A stretch of DNA of 60,047 bases, filler included, from Sluysia triapertura (taxonomy: Eukaryota), in assembly GCA_046118255.1 (NCBI GenBank). It is 3 parts of 3 records of this genome, joined end to end, with 100 filler letters (N's around TTAATTAATTAA, not from the genome) between each part and the next. Parts side by side here need not be neighbours in the genome. Positions count along the whole stretch, not along the records: positions 46,635 to 60,047 come from JBJNIA010041467.1; 2 more parts are not named here. One strand, 5' to 3'. Positions 58,001-60,047 of the stretch are shown piece by piece; positions within the stretch are counted from its first letter, which is position 1; each line of letters begins with the position of its first letter. Made by a program: the position numbers and the translations under genes. Under the pieces are notes generated by a model, which did not search any database, was not told the origin of the DNA, and saw only the letters and a list, made by a program, of their open reading frames with translations.

Positions 58001-58282
58001 TTACATTAGTTACCTATAAAAGCAAGGATAGAATTCAAGAGAGTAGAAATAACAATAATAATAGTAATAAAATATGAATAAAAATAAAAGGATATATACA
58101 GAAAGCCACATAATAAAAAGGAAAATAAACAACAATCCAAATCTTACAACGAGAATAATATTCATTAGGACTGTGTTCATGTTCTATATGAATTATTAGT
58201 GGTTTGATATATTGTAGATTGTTTAAAATTTGTTTATGTAAAATGTTGTTTTGGTGTTTATTTGTGATTGTCATGAGTTGAT
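48271..58282 (-). CDS. 3' part of a gene with a Pro-rich region and C-terminal SAM domain, probably a SHIP/INPPL1-like inositol 5-phosphatase
   Basis: Phase-consistent GT-AG chain: 58282-58148, 56191-56021, 55872-55736, 53031-52798, 51976-51238, 51187-50869, 48797-48740, 48498-48271. The last exon (EWVNSLRL...TREDILKAGIQDEPLCQKLLQSIQLLK) is a SAM domain. The first two exons (KQILNNLQYIKPLIIHIE; FTIDIDHQGCCIGTAIIRGYLSI) resemble the end of the SHIP C2 domain as remembered. The 58 kb exon and the SHIP identity are the least certain parts. Confidence 0.7.
50002..50031. promoter_or_regulatory. Heat-shock element array inside a dispersed repeat (49955-50132)
   Basis: gGAAt gTTCc aGAAc aTTCt aAAAt cTTCt: five of six alternating nGAAn units are perfect. 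CCAAT and a TATA-like TATATAAA (minus strand) lie within about 35 nt. Confidence 0.6.
50646..50842. mobile_element. piggyBac-type MITE
   Basis: TTAA|CCCCTTAAC ... GTTAAGGGG|TTAA. Confidence 0.75.
53711..53740. promoter_or_regulatory. Heat-shock element array inside the second repeat copy (53665-53875)
   Basis: gGAAt aTTCc aTAAc aTTCt aGAAg cTTCt, with the same CCAAT/TATATA context as the 50002 copy. Confidence 0.6.
54806..55069. mobile_element. piggyBac-type MITE, 264 bp
   Basis: TTAA TSD, perfect 16-bp TIR CCCATTCGCTGCCAAG, and subterminal palindrome AGGACGAGTATACTCGTCCT. Confidence 0.9.
56701..56946 (-). CDS. Axonemal dynein heavy chain exon (DHC_N2 region, DNAH14/DNAH6-like)
   Basis: CAG acceptor, GTTAGT donor, phase 0-0, 82 open codons: VLYHKQAITEISEIANNEWTLEQMLQKVVDAF...GIDEINVELEECQVTIVTIKGSKYV. 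Confidence 0.85.
57785..57818 (-). other. tRNA-Leu-like 3' fragment ending in CCA
   Basis: Minus strand GAGGGTGTGGGTTTAAATTCCACTCCCGTCACCA resembles a tRNA-Leu T arm, acceptor strand and CCA. No 5' half. Confidence 0.4.
57900..58040 (+). mobile_element. L2 LINE ORF2 fragment
   Basis: AARLILKVGSRSHVILYLKELH*LPIKARIEFK. Confidence 0.7.
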
Positions 58283-58628
58283 CTGGAGTTCCAATTTATT
58301 ACTATCAAATACAAATTAATATTCACTCTAATTCAATAAAACAAATTTAGTTTAAACACTCAATCAATCAGAACGATCTTATCTATAATTATCTAATTAC
58401 ATTAGCTAATTAGATAAATTCAAATTCAAATTTAATAAAATACTCATTTTAACCAATAAATCACTCAACCAATCAGAACGACATATACCAATTCAAATTA
58501 AGTACGCGCGAGTAAACAATAAACCCGGTACTCCGAACCTCTCCCTCGAGGAAGTGGGAACTGGTTTAATGCGGATATTTTTATCTATTATTATTTTTCT
58601 ATATAACTAACCGCACTGACCAGGTGAA

Positions 58629-58757
58629 CCGTATTTTCCGGAATAAAGCACCTTAAAAAAAGTTTTTTAGTTAAATTTTAGGAGGTGCGCATTATAATCC
58701 GGAAAATAATAGTCGTATATTCTTTTAGGATGTGCCTTATGGTCCGAAAAATACCTT
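58629..58757. mobile_element. pogo/Tc2-type MITE remnant
   Basis: CCGTATTTTCCGGA with inverted TCCGGAAAATA and TCCGAAAAATAC copies. Confidence 0.5.
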
Positions 58758-59130
58758 AATTTCATTAAACTTTTTGGAAATTAATATTCTAAGCTCATTT
58801 CCATTAGTATCCCGCTTCGAATAACCAAATTTTTTGCACTTAAAAAATACTTTCTAGAAGATTAAGAAAAACAAATAATTCAGTAGATATTTAATTGTAT
58901 ACCGCACGCTTATCTCCTTATCTGCCAGTGCGCGATAAATGTAAATTCTAGCATTATCCTATTTCAAAACAGATGGCTTTAATATTTCTCAGAAAAACCG
59001 TAAAATTTTCCCAATTTCAGTTTATATTATATAACGTATTTTAATTAATATTATTCTAACTTTTATTTAATTGATTGCAATAATTATTTAACAGATAGAA
59101 AAACACTATAATAAATTATTTATTAATCAC

Positions 59131-59191
<61 letters not shown>

Positions 59192-59203
59192 CTTTATAAT
59201 TAC

Positions 59204-59394
59204 TTTACTCAGTAGTAAATCTCCTATTGTAAAATTAGTATTGGATATTATAGAAATTCCAATCATTCGTTCAATTTTTAACCAATGTCGTTGACATAAA
59301 TTTGGATTTCTTAAAGCAACTATAACTGGCAAACATCCTTGACATTGAAGTACAGCCATTTTGACAGCAGGTAATATACCATTAGTTGGCAGTC
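59204..59394 (-). CDS. Axonemal dynein heavy chain exon (DHC_N2), directly upstream in the protein of the 56946 exon
   Basis: GLPTNGILPAVK...LPVIVALRNPNLCQRHWLKIE...FTIGDLL has the dynein LPxxxxLRNPxLxxRHW motif. It ends in phase 0 and joins the next dynein exon. Confidence 0.85.
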
Positions 59395-59974
59395 CTAAAT
59401 AACAGATAGATAAATGAATATATTCAATATATCTTCTCCAAATCAAATAGAATAAACGACCATTTCATTTTCATTGCTCAAGTAATTCCAATGTTAAATA
59501 AAAAATAATTAAGTTAGAAATTTCTGTATATAAAATATTAAATAAAAGAAAAATTTAATGCTAGAATAAAGTCTAATTATTGACTGAGATATTAACATTA
59601 CGAAGTTTTTCATTGGACCGATTGTTTCAAAATAAAACTGTTAATTATTGCTTAGTAAAACCTGAGACTCTTACGAAACATAAATTTTAAATAAATAATC
59701 ATATTAACAACCAATAAAAAATATTTTCGATACGTAATGCTTGTGAAAGTAAAATTGACCTTTGCATTATTAATCATTGATGTATCAAAAGTGTTGAGAA
59801 ACCATAACATAAAACTAGTCCAGAAGTGTCAAATGAAGGATAAGGTGACTTCAATGCAAGGATTCATATTTTTCTCAGGAAATTTTCAGTCAATAATTTT
59901 TGAACATTTTGGCTCCATTCTGCTAATATATTAAAAGTGACTATTATTCAGTTTATAATAAAATATATAATCTT

Positions 59975-59975
<1 letters not shown>

Positions 59976-60047
<72 letters not shown>
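59976..60047. repeat. (AAT)n microsatellite at contig end
   Basis: Pure trinucleotide run to the end of the window. Confidence 0.95.

Overview
Very AT-rich animal genomic DNA, probably invertebrate, not prokaryotic. It has GT-AG introns as short as about 45-55 nt, many (AAT)n microsatellites and decayed transposons. The window is three contigs (1-30762, 30863-46534, 46635-60047) joined by an artificial N44-TTAATTAATTAA-N44 spacer, so adjacency across spacers is not evidence. Contig 1 holds a complete 7-exon classical protein tyrosine phosphatase, the 3' part of an uncharacterised adaptor-like gene, and two short LTR-like repeats built around a tRNA-like sequence (one is a solo copy with a 4-bp TSD). 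Contig 2 holds an island of decayed, intronless orphan ORFs, an NK1 homeobox lacking helix 3, a DEAD-box fragment, and Tc1/mariner and L2 relics. Contig 3 holds a phase-consistent 8-exon gene ending in a SAM domain (SHIP/INPPL1-like by manual comparison). Its exons appear interleaved on the same strand with axonemal dynein heavy chain exons, and its introns contain a repeat carrying heat-shock elements. All homology calls come from manual motif recognition and remembered family sequences; no searches were run.
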